Source of the DNA: an uncultured Nitrospiraceae bacterium
GTDB taxonomy: Bacteria > Nitrospirota > Thermodesulfovibrionia > Thermodesulfovibrionales > UBA9159
Direction of reading: 5' to 3'
Assembly: GCA_964475485.1 (NCBI GenBank)
Contig: CAYYWY010000007.1
Location: forward strand, 15,849-79,848
DNA: 64,000 nucleotides
The notes beneath the pieces are model-generated. The model was given only the letters and a program-made list of their open reading frames with translations, was not told the DNA's origin and ran no database searches. Numbering within the stretch: position 1 is the first letter of the stretch; every line of letters begins with the position of its first letter. Position numbers and translations under genes: made by a program. Below are positions 43,297 to 52,701 of the stretch, one piece after another.

Positions 43297-44097
43297 ATGG
43301 AGATGACTCAGGAACTAAAAGTGAAGAGGGAATTCAAGAAAGTCTTTAATGTAAGGCTCCTGAGAGGGTTACTTTCCATCGTCACGTTTGCCGTCCTGTG
43401 GCAGCTCGTTGTGTTCTTGAAAGTCCCCTATCTCGAAAATCTGCCCTACCCGAAGGATGTCGCGATCGACGCCATTGATGCGGCCGGTTCCAGGACCTAT
43501 TGGTTCGGCTGGGGGATCAGCCTCTCACGCATATTTGTAGGATTCGTCGTTGCTCAGCTCGTCGGTATCCCTCTCGGTCTTGCGATGGGCATCAGCAGGG
43601 CATTCAAGGACTTCACCTTCCCGGTGTTCGAGATGATGAGACCCGTTCCCCCCATAGCATGGATTCCCCTGGCCATACTCTTTTGGCCGACAAGGGAACT
43701 GTCGATATATTTTCTCGTATTTATTGGAGCCTTCTTCATCATCGTGATAAACGTCATACAGGGGGTCTCAAATATCTCCGTCTCTGTCAAATGGGCGGCC
43801 TCTTCCCTCGGTGCGGGGCCGAAGGACATATTCTGGAGAATCCTGGTGCCCGGCTCCCTTCCCTCCATCATTACGGGGATGACCGTTGGAATGGGCGTTA
43901 CATGGAATGTTCTCATCGCCGCAGAGATGATCGCGGGGCAGGGGGGGCTCGGCAGGATGACCTGGGAGGCGTATACGAACAACAACATCCCTTTCATTGT
44001 TGTCGGGATGGTCAGCATAGGCGTGGCGGGCTATCTTTGCAGCATGCTCGTGAGATGGCTGGGCGAAAAGGCCATGCCATGGAAGAGAAGGTTTTAG
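43297..44097 (+). CDS. ABC permease 2, NitT/TauT type
   Basis: 'EMMRPVPPIAWIPLAILFW'. Paralogous to permease 1. Confidence 0.85.
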   Translation: MEMTQELKVKREFKKVFNVRLLRGLLSIVTFAVLWQLVVFLKVPYLENLPYPKDVAIDAIDAAGSRTYWFGWGISLSRIFVGFVVAQLVGIPLGLAMGISRAFKDFTFPVFEMMRPVPPIAWIPLAILFWPTRELSIYFLVFIGAFFIIVINVIQGVSNISVSVKWAASSLGAGPKDIFWRILVPGSLPSIITGMTVGMGVTWNVLIAAEMIAGQGGLGRMTWEAYTNNNIPFIVVGMVSIGVAGYLCSMLVRWLGEKAMPWKRRF

Positions 44098-44109
44098 AGG
44101 AGGCTGACT

Positions 44110-44991
44110 GTGCCCGGAAAAAATGGCGAGGGCGTATTGACTAGAGGTGGTTTCGGTGAAGTGCGGATAGAAGATGTCACGAAGGTTTACGAAAAGGGTG
44201 AAGAGAGCCAGAAAGTCCTAGACGGGTGCAGCTTCCGCATAGAGCGGGGAAAGCTGACGGTTCTCATGGGACCGTCCGGGTGTGGAAAGACTGTGCTCAT
44301 AAACCTCATTGCCGGATACGAAAAGCCCTCGGCAGGCCGCATATCCATCGATGGAAGCCCTGTGGCAGGGCCGGGTTCCGACCGCCTGGTCGTGTTCCAG
44401 GAGACGGCCCTCTTTCCCTGGATGACCGTGTACTCCAATGTGACGTTCGGATGTCAGGTGCAGGGACTCGGCAAGGGGGAGACAAGGGACAGGGCGGAGC
44501 TGATCCTGAAGAAAGTGGGGCTCTATGAATTTAGGGATAAATACCCGACTCAACTCTCGGGAGGCATGCAGAGAAGGGCTGAGCTCGCCCGTGCCATGAT
44601 CAACGACCCGAAGATCATGATGCTCGATGAGCCTTTCAGGGGGCTGGATGCCATGACCCGCCAGCTGATGCAGGAATTTTACGTCGGACTTTTCGAGGAA
44701 GTGGGCAGGACGAACCTCTTTGTAACCCATGAGATCGATGAGGCGGTATTTCTTGCCGACAGGGTGGTCATTATGACTTTCCAGCCAGGCACGGTAAAGG
44801 CGGAAATAGAGGTCGACCTTCCGAGGCCCAGGGAGTTCCATATGCTTGCATCACCGCGCTTTATGGAGATACGCGAACAGATCATCGATCTCCTGTATGA
44901 GGAGGCAGCGAAAGCCTTCGCGGCGGGTAGCAAAACCGCGTATGACCTGGTAGGAGCTATTGTTGCGCGCAAGGGCTTCTGTGAGAAGTGA
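44110..44991 (+). CDS. ABC ATP-binding protein 2
   Basis: 'GPSGCGKTVLINLIAGYEKPSAG', 'LSGGMQRRAELARAM', 'MMLDEPF'. Confidence 0.85.
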   Translation: MPGKNGEGVLTRGGFGEVRIEDVTKVYEKGEESQKVLDGCSFRIERGKLTVLMGPSGCGKTVLINLIAGYEKPSAGRISIDGSPVAGPGSDRLVVFQETALFPWMTVYSNVTFGCQVQGLGKGETRDRAELILKKVGLYEFRDKYPTQLSGGMQRRAELARAMINDPKIMMLDEPFRGLDAMTRQLMQEFYVGLFEEVGRTNLFVTHEIDEAVFLADRVVIMTFQPGTVKAEIEVDLPRPREFHMLASPRFMEIREQIIDLLYEEAAKAFAAGSKTAYDLVGAIVARKGFCEK

Positions 44992-45006
44992 ACATGGCGG
45001 GCCGGG

Positions 45007-45450
45007 ATGGTTCCAGAAAAAGTCCTTATCGGAATCCTAATATTTATCGCTTCCCTGCTCCAGGGGGTATTCGATTTCACCTTTATGCTCATCGCGTTGC
45101 CACTGCTTTCACTCTTTCTGAGTGTCAAGGTTGCGGTTCCCCTGCTGTCGTTCTTCCTGGCCCTGCTGTCGGGAATTCTGGCCTTCCGGTTCAGGAGCAA
45201 GTTCGATCTGAAGGACGTCATGCCGCTCCTGTCATGTGCGCTCATCGGGATACCTCTCGGCATCCTGTTTCTCATTGAGTTCAGCGACAAGTTCATAAAG
45301 ACGACCCTGGGGCTGCCTCTCATCGGGTATTCGGTTTATTCGCTCTTTATGAGAAAGATACCTTCCCGGCTGCCCAGGTGGACAGGATGTATTGCCGGAT
45401 TTTCGGCAGGAGCGCGGGCGGTGCCTTCAATATTACCGGCCCCCCAGGTA
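45007..45450 (+). pseudogene. TauE/SafE (DUF81) sulfite-exporter-family remnant, frameshifted and 3'-truncated
   Basis: The N-terminal TM pattern 'LLQGVFDFTFMLIALPLLSLFLSVKVAVPLL' is in one frame. The family motif 'GGAFNITGPP' appears only in a second frame (ORF 45378..45566). Homology stops about 17 nt before the convergent FtsX gene's stop at 45467. Confidence 0.6.
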
Positions 45451-45466
45451 ATTCAGCCGGCTCAGG

Positions 45467-46630
45467 TCACACCCGCAAGGAGTCGACGATATTCATCCGT
45501 GCGGCCCTGGCAGCAGGGAGTACGCCTCCCACAAAACCCATAACGAGAGAGAACGTCAGGGACTGATAGATGATCTTTCCTGTGAGGGTGAAGGAGAATG
45601 CCAGTTCCGAAAATGTCTGCCAGTTAATGGTCGAGATGGTGAGGAGCTGCAAAAAGGAAGCGAAAAAAAGGCCTGCACATCCTCCTGTGAGACCGAGAAG
45701 CATCGATTCGGCAAGAAAGGCGGCGAGGATGCTTCTCCTCTGATAGCCGAGGGCGCGGAGCGTCCCTATCTCAGCGGTCCTGTTCGCCACTGCTGCGTAC
45801 ATCGTGATCATCGCGCCTATCATCGCACCGAGGGAGAAGATGATGGTCAGGGATATCCCGAGGATCCTCAGGAACTTCGCCATCACCTCGGACTGGTCGG
45901 CATAGTACTGCGTTTCGCGCTTTGCCTCAAGGGTGAGACGGGGATCACTCTCTATGCGCTCCTTGAAGCTACGGAACTCCGCAGGGTCGCGGAGCTTGAA
46001 CAGTACGGATGAGTACACTGGTCTCCTGAATGCCTGCATCAACTGGTCGGCATCGCCCCATATCTCGGAGCTGTAGCCGGTCTTCCCAGCCTCGAATATG
46101 CCCACTACTGTCCAGTCACGCATTCCGAAGCGGAGCTTCTCTCCGAGACCCCCTCCCTTGAATCTCCTCGCGATGCTTTCTCCGGCAATGATCTCAGACG
46201 AACCCGGTCTCGGCAGACGTCCCTCCTTGATCCTGGCCTGGGGCCTCAGGGCGAGTGAAAATTCGCCGATCCCCCTGATTGTCACATTGGAAGGCTTGTC
46301 TGTGCCTCTCTTCGGAAGGTTTATCAATACCACCAGCTCTTTCGCAAGGAAAGGTCTACCGCCTTCGCCTCCGGCCACTTCAGGCTGCGTCCCCACTATA
46401 GACGCCGAGGTCCGGTCCACCCCGCTCTGCATTTCAGAGGCGGAGGCGCGTCTTATCACGATAACGTTATCGTACGAGCCCGTTTCGATCAGGGTCTGGC
46501 GCAGCCCTTCGGCCAGCATCAGCACCGAGGCAAACACGAAGACGACAAGGGCCATTCCTGAGGCGGTGAGCACAGTGGTCAGCCGCCTTGTCCAGAGGTT
46601 TCTGAAGCTGTAGGAAATGGGGATCCCCAT
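45467..46630 (-). CDS. FtsX-family ABC permease (MacB/LolE-like), copy B
   Basis: 'FRNLWTRRLTTVLTASGMALVV' and a C-terminal FtsX four-helix region. 387 aa. Confidence 0.85.
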   Translation of the reverse strand: MGIPISYSFRNLWTRRLTTVLTASGMALVVFVFASVLMLAEGLRQTLIETGSYDNVIVIRRASASEMQSGVDRTSASIVGTQPEVAGGEGGRPFLAKELVVLINLPKRGTDKPSNVTIRGIGEFSLALRPQARIKEGRLPRPGSSEIIAGESIARRFKGGGLGEKLRFGMRDWTVVGIFEAGKTGYSSEIWGDADQLMQAFRRPVYSSVLFKLRDPAEFRSFKERIESDPRLTLEAKRETQYYADQSEVMAKFLRILGISLTIIFSLGAMIGAMITMYAAVANRTAEIGTLRALGYQRRSILAAFLAESMLLGLTGGCAGLFFASFLQLLTISTINWQTFSELAFSFTLTGKIIYQSLTFSLVMGFVGGVLPAARAARMNIVDSLRV

Positions 46631-46667
46631 ATCGTTTATCGCTCTCGGAGAATGCGCCGCATCGAGT

Positions 46668-46748
46668 CGTCATTGCGAACGCAGTGAAGTAATCTTAAGG
46701 CCGGATTGCCGCATCGTCCCGATCGAGCCGGGACTCCTCGCAATGACG
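46668..46748. repeat. Palindromic intergenic element (REP/MITE-like)
   Basis: 11-bp terminal inverted repeat CGTCATTGCGA (46668-46678) / TCGCAATGACG (46738-46748). An internal 9-mer, GCCGCATCG, occurs at 46656 and 46708. Confidence 0.5.
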
Positions 46749-46754
46749 GCATAG

Positions 46755-47912
46755 TCATCCTATCCTCCTAAGCCCGTCAGCGACCCTGAGTTTTATTGCC
46801 CGCCAGGTCGGAAACAGGGCAGCGACGAATCCCACGACGACCGAGGCAACGATATCCATGTAGATGGACTCAGGTTCAACGATAAAGACAGGGAAATACT
46901 GGCTCAATGAATCGCCGAACATCTTTGCCGCAGGAAAGGTAAGCGCAATCCCAAGCGCGCATCCAAGGGATGAAATGAACAACGACTCCCCGAATATGAG
47001 TTTTGCGATATGCCAGCCGCCGAACCCGAGGGTCTTCATGATGGCATATTCCCCCATACGCTCCCTCGCGGTCATGGCCATGGTGTTTGCCATCACCGCC
47101 ATGATGATGACGATTACGACGAACGATACGATCTGAATGACGATGACGATGGCCTCTGTCATCGCGATGAAACCGAGCTGGAAGGCCTTCTCTGTTTCCG
47201 TTATCGTCTCGGCAAGGGAGTTCTTGAACATCTTGTCGATGGCCACCGCCACTTCGGCTGCCAGCTCGGGTTTCGTTACCCCCACGACATACCAGCCTAC
47301 CTGATCGGCCCGGTGCGGGGCCGTCTTCTTCAGGGATTCGTTGAGGTAATCCCAATGGAAAAAGAACTGAGTCTCGTCGGTGCCCTCCTGCGCTCCTCGA
47401 TAGATGCCACGAATGTTGAATTCCCAGTTGCCCGGGAATATAGTCCCCTTGAGCGTGATCGTGTCGCCTATCTTCCAGCCGAACCTTTCAGCGGTTTTTA
47501 TGCCGACAACGGCTCCTTTCCTGTCCCTGAAAAAGGAGTTCTTCTGTACCTCCGGCAACAGGAATTCGGGGAAAAGGTCAAGGGCGCTTCTTGCTTCCGT
47601 CGCAAAACTGGGAAAGAAATTCTTTTCGGAGATGTACACGCCCCCGAACCAGTATGAGTAACCCACTTCCTTCACTCCCGGTACCTGGCGGATCTTGTCC
47701 TTGTATGAAAGGGGAAGAAAAAAGACGAGGGAAATGGAATTCCTCGTGATCAACCTGGTCGCCGAGGACGCCTCCACGCCGGCATACCACGCGCTCACCA
47801 CAGTGCGCAGGAGGCCGAAGGCAAGGATCGCTATGGTGATACCCAGGACAGTGAGACCGGTGCGGAGTTTATGTCGAAACGCGTTTCTGAAAAGCAGTTT
47901 CAGTATGTGCAT
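46755..47912 (-). CDS. FtsX-family ABC permease (MacB/LolC-like), copy A
   Basis: '[24 protein letters not shown]' plus a periplasmic domain and FtsX C-terminus. 385 aa. Confidence 0.85.
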   Translation of the reverse strand: MHILKLLFRNAFRHKLRTGLTVLGITIAILAFGLLRTVVSAWYAGVEASSATRLITRNSISLVFFLPLSYKDKIRQVPGVKEVGYSYWFGGVYISEKNFFPSFATEARSALDLFPEFLLPEVQKNSFFRDRKGAVVGIKTAERFGWKIGDTITLKGTIFPGNWEFNIRGIYRGAQEGTDETQFFFHWDYLNESLKKTAPHRADQVGWYVVGVTKPELAAEVAVAIDKMFKNSLAETITETEKAFQLGFIAMTEAIVIVIQIVSFVVIVIIMAVMANTMAMTARERMGEYAIMKTLGFGGWHIAKLIFGESLFISSLGCALGIALTFPAAKMFGDSLSQYFPVFIVEPESIYMDIVASVVVGFVAALFPTWRAIKLRVADGLRRIG

Positions 47913-48621
47913 TCAGGATGCCTTTTTCGAGATGTCTGATGGCATGGGCCTTCTCCGCTGCGCGGGGGTCGTGCGTCACCATGATAATGGTCTTTCCGAT
48001 CTCATGAACAAGACGTTCCATGAGGTCCAGTATCTCCACGGCAGAGACCCTGTCCAAGTCACCCGTCGGCTCATCAGCCACGAGGATGGTCGGATCGGTA
48101 ACAACGGCGCGGGCAATGGCGACGCGCTGCTGTTGTCCGCCGGAAAGCTGGGAAGGGTAGTGGTCCATGCGGTCGGTAAGATTGACCATCCCAAGGGTGA
48201 TTTCCACATGCTCCCTGCGCTCCTTCTTCGAAAGATTGGTGAGCAATAATGGAAGTTCCACATTTTCGAAAGCGGTGAGCACAGGGATCAGGTTGTAGAA
48301 CTGGAAGATAAAACCGACGTTGAAGGCCCGCCAGTGAGCAAGCTCGGTCTCGGTGAGGGAGGTGATATCGAGGCCTCCGACGAGAATCGTGCCGCTGTCG
48401 GGCCTGTCTATCCCGGCGATGAGATTTAGCAGTGTTGTCTTGCCGGACCCCGATGGTCCCATCAGGGCGAGGAATTCACCTTGCGCAATGTCGAGATTTA
48501 TGTCCTGGAGCACAGGCAGTGTCTGGTTGCCGCGCCGGTAGGATTTGTTGAGACCCCTGATTGTTACAATAGGCTCTTTGATTTCCATGGTTTTGGATAC
48601 CTTCGCCCTGTCTTCATTCAT
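47869..48621 (-). CDS. ABC ATP-binding protein (MacB/LolD-type)
   Basis: '[23 protein letters not shown]', '[15 protein letters not shown]', '[11 protein letters not shown]'. An alternative start at 48588 is possible. Confidence 0.85.
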   Translation of the reverse strand: MNEDRAKVSKTMEIKEPIVTIRGLNKSYRRGNQTLPVLQDINLDIAQGEFLALMGPSGSGKTTLLNLIAGIDRPDSGTILVGGLDITSLTETELAHWRAFNVGFIFQFYNLIPVLTAFENVELPLLLTNLSKKERREHVEITLGMVNLTDRMDHYPSQLSGGQQQRVAIARAVVTDPTILVADEPTGDLDRVSAVEILDLMERLVHEIGKTIIMVTHDPRAAEKAHAIRHLEKGILNAHTETAFQKRVST

Positions 48622-48643
48622 CCGGGCAGGAGCGATGGGTTGA

Positions 48644-49891
48644 TTACTTTTCAGCGACCTTCACCCGGATACCGCTCTTCAGTTTCTCGAGAGGCTTCAA
48701 TACTACTCTGTCACCGGTCTTAACACCTTCGAGCGCCTCCGTCATGTCCCCGATACGTTCCCCAAGAGTCACCGGTGTTTCGACAGCCCTGTCTCCCCTG
48801 ACGAGAAAAACCACCGTCTTCCCGTTGCGCGTCGTTATCGCCGCAGGATTAACGGCCGTGCGGGGTCTCTTTTCCGCCTCTCTTACCTCTCTTTCGAGAA
48901 AGGCGACCTTCGCGCTCATTTCAGGCAGTATCCGGCCGTCTCTGTCCAAAAAACGCACTTTCACCAATACCGTGGCCTTGGTACGATCTGCGGTGGGTAC
49001 GATCATGTGCACCACGCCCCGGAAGCGCGTCTCCGGAAGAGCATCGAGTTGTATCTCGCAGGGCTGCCCCACTTTCACCTGTTCGAGATTCGATTCGGAG
49101 ACATCCACCTCCACCTGAAGGGAACCCATGTCTGCAATGTTGACGACAGCCGCTTTTGCGTTCGCCGCAGCGCCCAATGGGGTGACGATGTCGCCTATGT
49201 CCGCGTTCTTGGTCAGCACAACGGCGTCAAAGGGGGCCCTGATGAATGTGTACTCCACAGCGACGTCGGCGTTCTTCAGGGCGGCAGCGCTTGCCTTCAC
49301 TGCAGCCTCGGCGCCTGCAACCGCGGCGGCCGCCTTTCTGTATCGTGCCTCAGATGCATCGAATTCCGCCTTCGAGATATATCCCTTCCCTACCAGATCC
49401 ACGTTCCGTTGAAAGAGCAGCATGGCGTCGTCCAGCTCCGCCCTGGCCTGCTCTAGACCTTGTTGCGCCACGCTCAGGTTCGCGGCAGCCTGCTCCCTGA
49501 CAGCGATCACATCGTCACCTTCAAGACGTGCGATCACCTCCCCCCTTTTTACACTGTTGCCCTCCTCCACGAAAAGGGAGACGAGACGGCTCGTGATCTT
49601 TGACGACACGGCTGCCTTTCTCTGGGCGACCACATAGCCGCTGGCGTTGAGGAGGGTGAATGTCTGCGACGCATAGATCTGTGTGACGCTGGTTGTCTCA
49701 ACGGTAACTGCAGGGGCAAGGATGCCGGTAAAATAGAGAAATCCAAGGACAACAACAAGCGCAGAGGCAGCAGCCCAGCGGAGGAGGCGCTTCTGCCTCC
49801 TCGGCCGGACCATTGCCTCTGCCTTGTCGATCCTCAGCTTTGAAATGTCTTCATCAGGCATACAGATGCTCCTTGGAAAAATATCTGTCAT
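48644..49891 (-). CDS. Efflux periplasmic adaptor (HlyD/MacA family)
   Basis: N-terminal TM anchor, long Ala-rich coiled-coil, and beta-barrel C-terminus. 415 aa. Confidence 0.8.
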   Translation of the reverse strand: MTDIFPRSICMPDEDISKLRIDKAEAMVRPRRQKRLLRWAAASALVVVLGFLYFTGILAPAVTVETTSVTQIYASQTFTLLNASGYVVAQRKAAVSSKITSRLVSLFVEEGNSVKRGEVIARLEGDDVIAVREQAAANLSVAQQGLEQARAELDDAMLLFQRNVDLVGKGYISKAEFDASEARYRKAAAAVAGAEAAVKASAAALKNADVAVEYTFIRAPFDAVVLTKNADIGDIVTPLGAAANAKAAVVNIADMGSLQVEVDVSESNLEQVKVGQPCEIQLDALPETRFRGVVHMIVPTADRTKATVLVKVRFLDRDGRILPEMSAKVAFLEREVREAEKRPRTAVNPAAITTRNGKTVVFLVRGDRAVETPVTLGERIGDMTEALEGVKTGDRVVLKPLEKLKSGIRVKVAEK

Positions 49892-50129
49892 TATAACAGA
49901 TTCTTCCTCGCCCTAACCCGGTTTGTTCGTAGGTTTCCTTGTTTGAGTTGGCATCCGTCTCTCGGCAAGACAACAGCCGTTGCCGACAGTACTGGGCTCT
50001 CTGCACCCAAGGGCACTTTGTTCACATGCATCGTAAATGTCCCGAGTTTTAGGACCTGCACATAACCCGGGTCTTGCCTTTCGAGCCGGACATTCAACTC
50101 TGTTTATGAATAAGCCGGGCCGAAGGTGA

Positions 50130-50720
50130 CTATTCTGTTCTACACCGGATCTTAATGGAAAGGAGAGGGAGGGAAATGAGAACAAGGATACCGCCCTGGA
50201 TTACGATCAGGGTCTTCACACCTGCGATGGTTATAAGATAAAAAGATGTGAGGAGAGTCCCCATGATACTCCCGAAGGTCGAAAGTGCGTAGAGGGTCCC
50301 TATCGTCCTTCCGGACGTATGGAGACTGCAGATCATGAGCCTTGCCGTATATGGGCTCACGACGCCGAGAAAAACAGAGGGTATGAAGAAAAGGATCGTG
50401 GAGGCAAGAAGGGGGCTCAGTCTCATGCCCATGTCCTTGGCAAATATCCAGTCGGACACGGGGTTGCCGTAAAGGGGAAAAGTGATGAAGAGGACGCCAG
50501 ATGAGATGATAATCAAGCCCAATTTTCGCGAGGAAGGATTCATGTCGGCTATCTTCCCTCCGAGGTAGTATCCCGCCGAAAGCCCGGCAAGGAAAACGCT
50601 GATAAGACTGCCCCAGACGAATACGGAGTTCCCGAAATTCGGGGCAAGCACCCTGCTACCCAGTATCTCGAAGGACATGACCACCGCGCCGCAGACAAAG
50701 ACGATTATCTTGATCATCAT
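50130..50720 (-). CDS. Membrane protein resembling the N-terminal membrane module of fused 'MFS/spermidine synthase' proteins
   Basis: 'FVCGAVVMSFEILGSRVLAPNFGNSVFVWGSLISVFLAGLSAGYYLGG' and 5-6 TM segments. Confidence 0.6.
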   Translation of the reverse strand: MMIKIIVFVCGAVVMSFEILGSRVLAPNFGNSVFVWGSLISVFLAGLSAGYYLGGKIADMNPSSRKLGLIIISSGVLFITFPLYGNPVSDWIFAKDMGMRLSPLLASTILFFIPSVFLGVVSPYTARLMICSLHTSGRTIGTLYALSTFGSIMGTLLTSFYLITIAGVKTLIVIQGGILVLISLPLLSIKIRCRTE

Positions 50721-50733
50721 CGAATTTCTCGTA

Positions 50734-51711
50734 TCAGTTATCGGCTTTCATATGCCTGTAAAGATTCACTGGGGCAAAATCATCCGTAAGGACCTTTGCA
50801 TTTGTCCTGTACTCGTCGCAGTATTCGCACGTGCTGCCAATAGCCGACAGATCGACATCCATTTTCTTCATCGACTGGATCCTCCGGGCCTTTGTGGAGA
50901 TCTCCTCGTTACTCTTTATTGTCTTGCTCTTTGTTGCGATGAATATGAAATTGTTCGACCTTCTGCCCTTAAAGATGTAGAGGTGGGGGAATTCCTTCTC
51001 GTATGTAGCGACCATGGAGTTGAAGAATCTGTTTCTGAACTGCGAGAGGATATTCGCGACCACGACGCCGTCATCCTTCAGCTTCCCCTTCACCTCTCTG
51101 AGGAATTCTACTGTCGTGAGGTGAAAAGGTATATCACCGCCCTGATACGCGTCCAGGAAAATAATATCATATTTCTTAGGCGTCCTCTTGATATACACCC
51201 TGCCGTCGCTGACATGGACCTTCATATTGTTGTTTTCGGTGAAGTAAAAATACTTTTTTGCTATCTCAACAACATCAGGGTCAAGCTCGACGACATCGAC
51301 CGTCGCCTCAGGGTAATACTTGTTGAAATACCTGGGCATTGAGCCTGAACCGAGACCGATGTAGAGAACTTCCCTCGGCTCTCTGTCAAGGAAGGCAAGG
51401 GAGACAAAGGAGATCTGCGCATACTCGAAAAGGAGCCTGTCGGGGGCGTTCAGATAAATTCCGCCTTGTATCCCGTCCCTCTTGTTGCTGTAGTAAAACC
51501 TTTCTCCTTTTGAGGAGTCCTCCAGCACGACCAAGCGCTGATAGAGAGAATCCTTTTCATATATAACCTTCTCCGTCTTCTGCCCCGCCAGGCAGGGGAG
51601 ATGGAACAACAAAAGATAAATGACGATTGTTGCCGCAAATAACTTTCTTATCACCGCGCTCAGCTCCCTTTGTAGTTTACTACATTTTCTCCGGATGAAG
51701 GAAGCCGGCAT
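50734..51711 (-). CDS. Spermidine/spermine synthase-like SAM-dependent transferase with an N-terminal membrane anchor
   Basis: 'VLYIGLGSGSMPRYF', 'VDVVELDPDVVEIAKKYF', 'DIIFLDAY'. The ATG at 51711 avoids overlap with the upstream gene. Confidence 0.7.
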   Translation of the reverse strand: MPASFIRRKCSKLQRELSAVIRKLFAATIVIYLLLFHLPCLAGQKTEKVIYEKDSLYQRLVVLEDSSKGERFYYSNKRDGIQGGIYLNAPDRLLFEYAQISFVSLAFLDREPREVLYIGLGSGSMPRYFNKYYPEATVDVVELDPDVVEIAKKYFYFTENNNMKVHVSDGRVYIKRTPKKYDIIFLDAYQGGDIPFHLTTVEFLREVKGKLKDDGVVVANILSQFRNRFFNSMVATYEKEFPHLYIFKGRRSNNFIFIATKSKTIKSNEEISTKARRIQSMKKMDVDLSAIGSTCEYCDEYRTNAKVLTDDFAPVNLYRHMKADN

Positions 51712-51718
51712 ATTCGTT

Positions 51719-52327
51719 CTATCGAAGTGGAGCGCCATTTAAGAATGCCTCAAACCTATCTATCCCTTTAAGGAAGGTCGGTATCCTTGCGGGAATTCTT
51801 TTAGTTCTATATATGGGCTTGAACTCAAGGGTGTTTGCCTCTCCTTCTCCAAGACTTATCTCCACCTCCGTGAAGTAGTTGTCCTCATGAAGACCAAAGA
51901 ATACTTTGTGTGTCCCCGCTTGAAGTCTTACTTTCTTTTCAAGAACGTACTTTACACCTTCCCCTGCTTCCGGATCACGGCTTGTTTTGCCGTCCTCAGC
52001 ATGCGCTGGTTTACTGTCTTTCATGCCTTCCGCTTTCCATGTTCTGACATGGCCATCGATGTTGATCAGGAACGGATAGGCCGGCTTACCGTGGAGCGAT
52101 TCCCTTGATTCGCCGATGTAATATCCTTCGACATGGGTTTTGATATTCGCTTTGATGATAAGGTCGGCAAAGCCGTTAGGAACCGCACCCCCGTTTTCTA
52201 TCTCCGTGAAGATATCTGTCTTTTCACCATGCGCCTTGATCTGTATTTGCCTGGCAGCCGTCCCGCAGCCTGCAAGTATCCCCAAAAGCAAGACCGCTGC
52301 AGCAATCACCGTTATTTTTATTTTCAT
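51719..52327 (-). CDS. Lipoprotein, function unknown
   Basis: Signal peptide with lipobox 'LGILAGC'. Confidence 0.65.
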   Translation of the reverse strand: MKIKITVIAAAVLLLGILAGCGTAARQIQIKAHGEKTDIFTEIENGGAVPNGFADLIIKANIKTHVEGYYIGESRESLHGKPAYPFLINIDGHVRTWKAEGMKDSKPAHAEDGKTSRDPEAGEGVKYVLEKKVRLQAGTHKVFFGLHEDNYFTEVEISLGEGEANTLEFKPIYRTKRIPARIPTFLKGIDRFEAFLNGAPLR

Positions 52328-52361
52328 TAATATGTCTCCATCCTTATGTGGTTAAAGTGTT

Positions 52362-52694
52362 CTATAAAATCTCACCCCTGCCGATCTTATATGCCCTGCT
52401 GACCTCAGAGACGTAGATCTTCCCATCACCGCGAAGGCCTGTACGGGAAGCCCTGTCGATCACCGCTGCAATCTCGTTCGTAAGGGCGTCCTCACAGAAA
52501 ATTTCGATCTTCACATATTTCGCAAAGTCAATAAGCTCATCAACCGATGGACACGATGCATCCTTTTCTTCACGGCGTCCGAACCCCCGGACGTCCATTA
52601 TGGTCATTCCTCTGAGGCCCTCCACTTTCTGAAGTGCCATTGCAACGTCGTTCAGTTTGTGCGGCTTGATGTATGCCTGAATCTGTTTCATCAC
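52362..52694 (-). CDS. PII-like (GlnB-superfamily) signal protein linked to the RND pump
   Basis: 'MKQIQAYIKPHKLNDV..MTIMDVRGFGRR', 'GDGKIYVSEV'. 110 aa, 8 nt downstream of the RND gene. Confidence 0.75.
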   Translation of the reverse strand: MMKQIQAYIKPHKLNDVAMALQKVEGLRGMTIMDVRGFGRREEKDASCPSVDELIDFAKYVKIEIFCEDALTNEIAAVIDRASRTGLRGDGKIYVSEVSRAYKIGRGEIL

Positions 52695-52701
52695 ATCCTC
52701 C

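Noticed and set aside
49961-49985. Inverted repeat TCGGCAA-N11-TTGCCGA, with a weak GG-N10-GC match on the minus strand, upstream of the MacA-like gene.
   Set aside because: The -24 element is poor (CGGCTG), so I cannot distinguish an operator, a promoter or chance.
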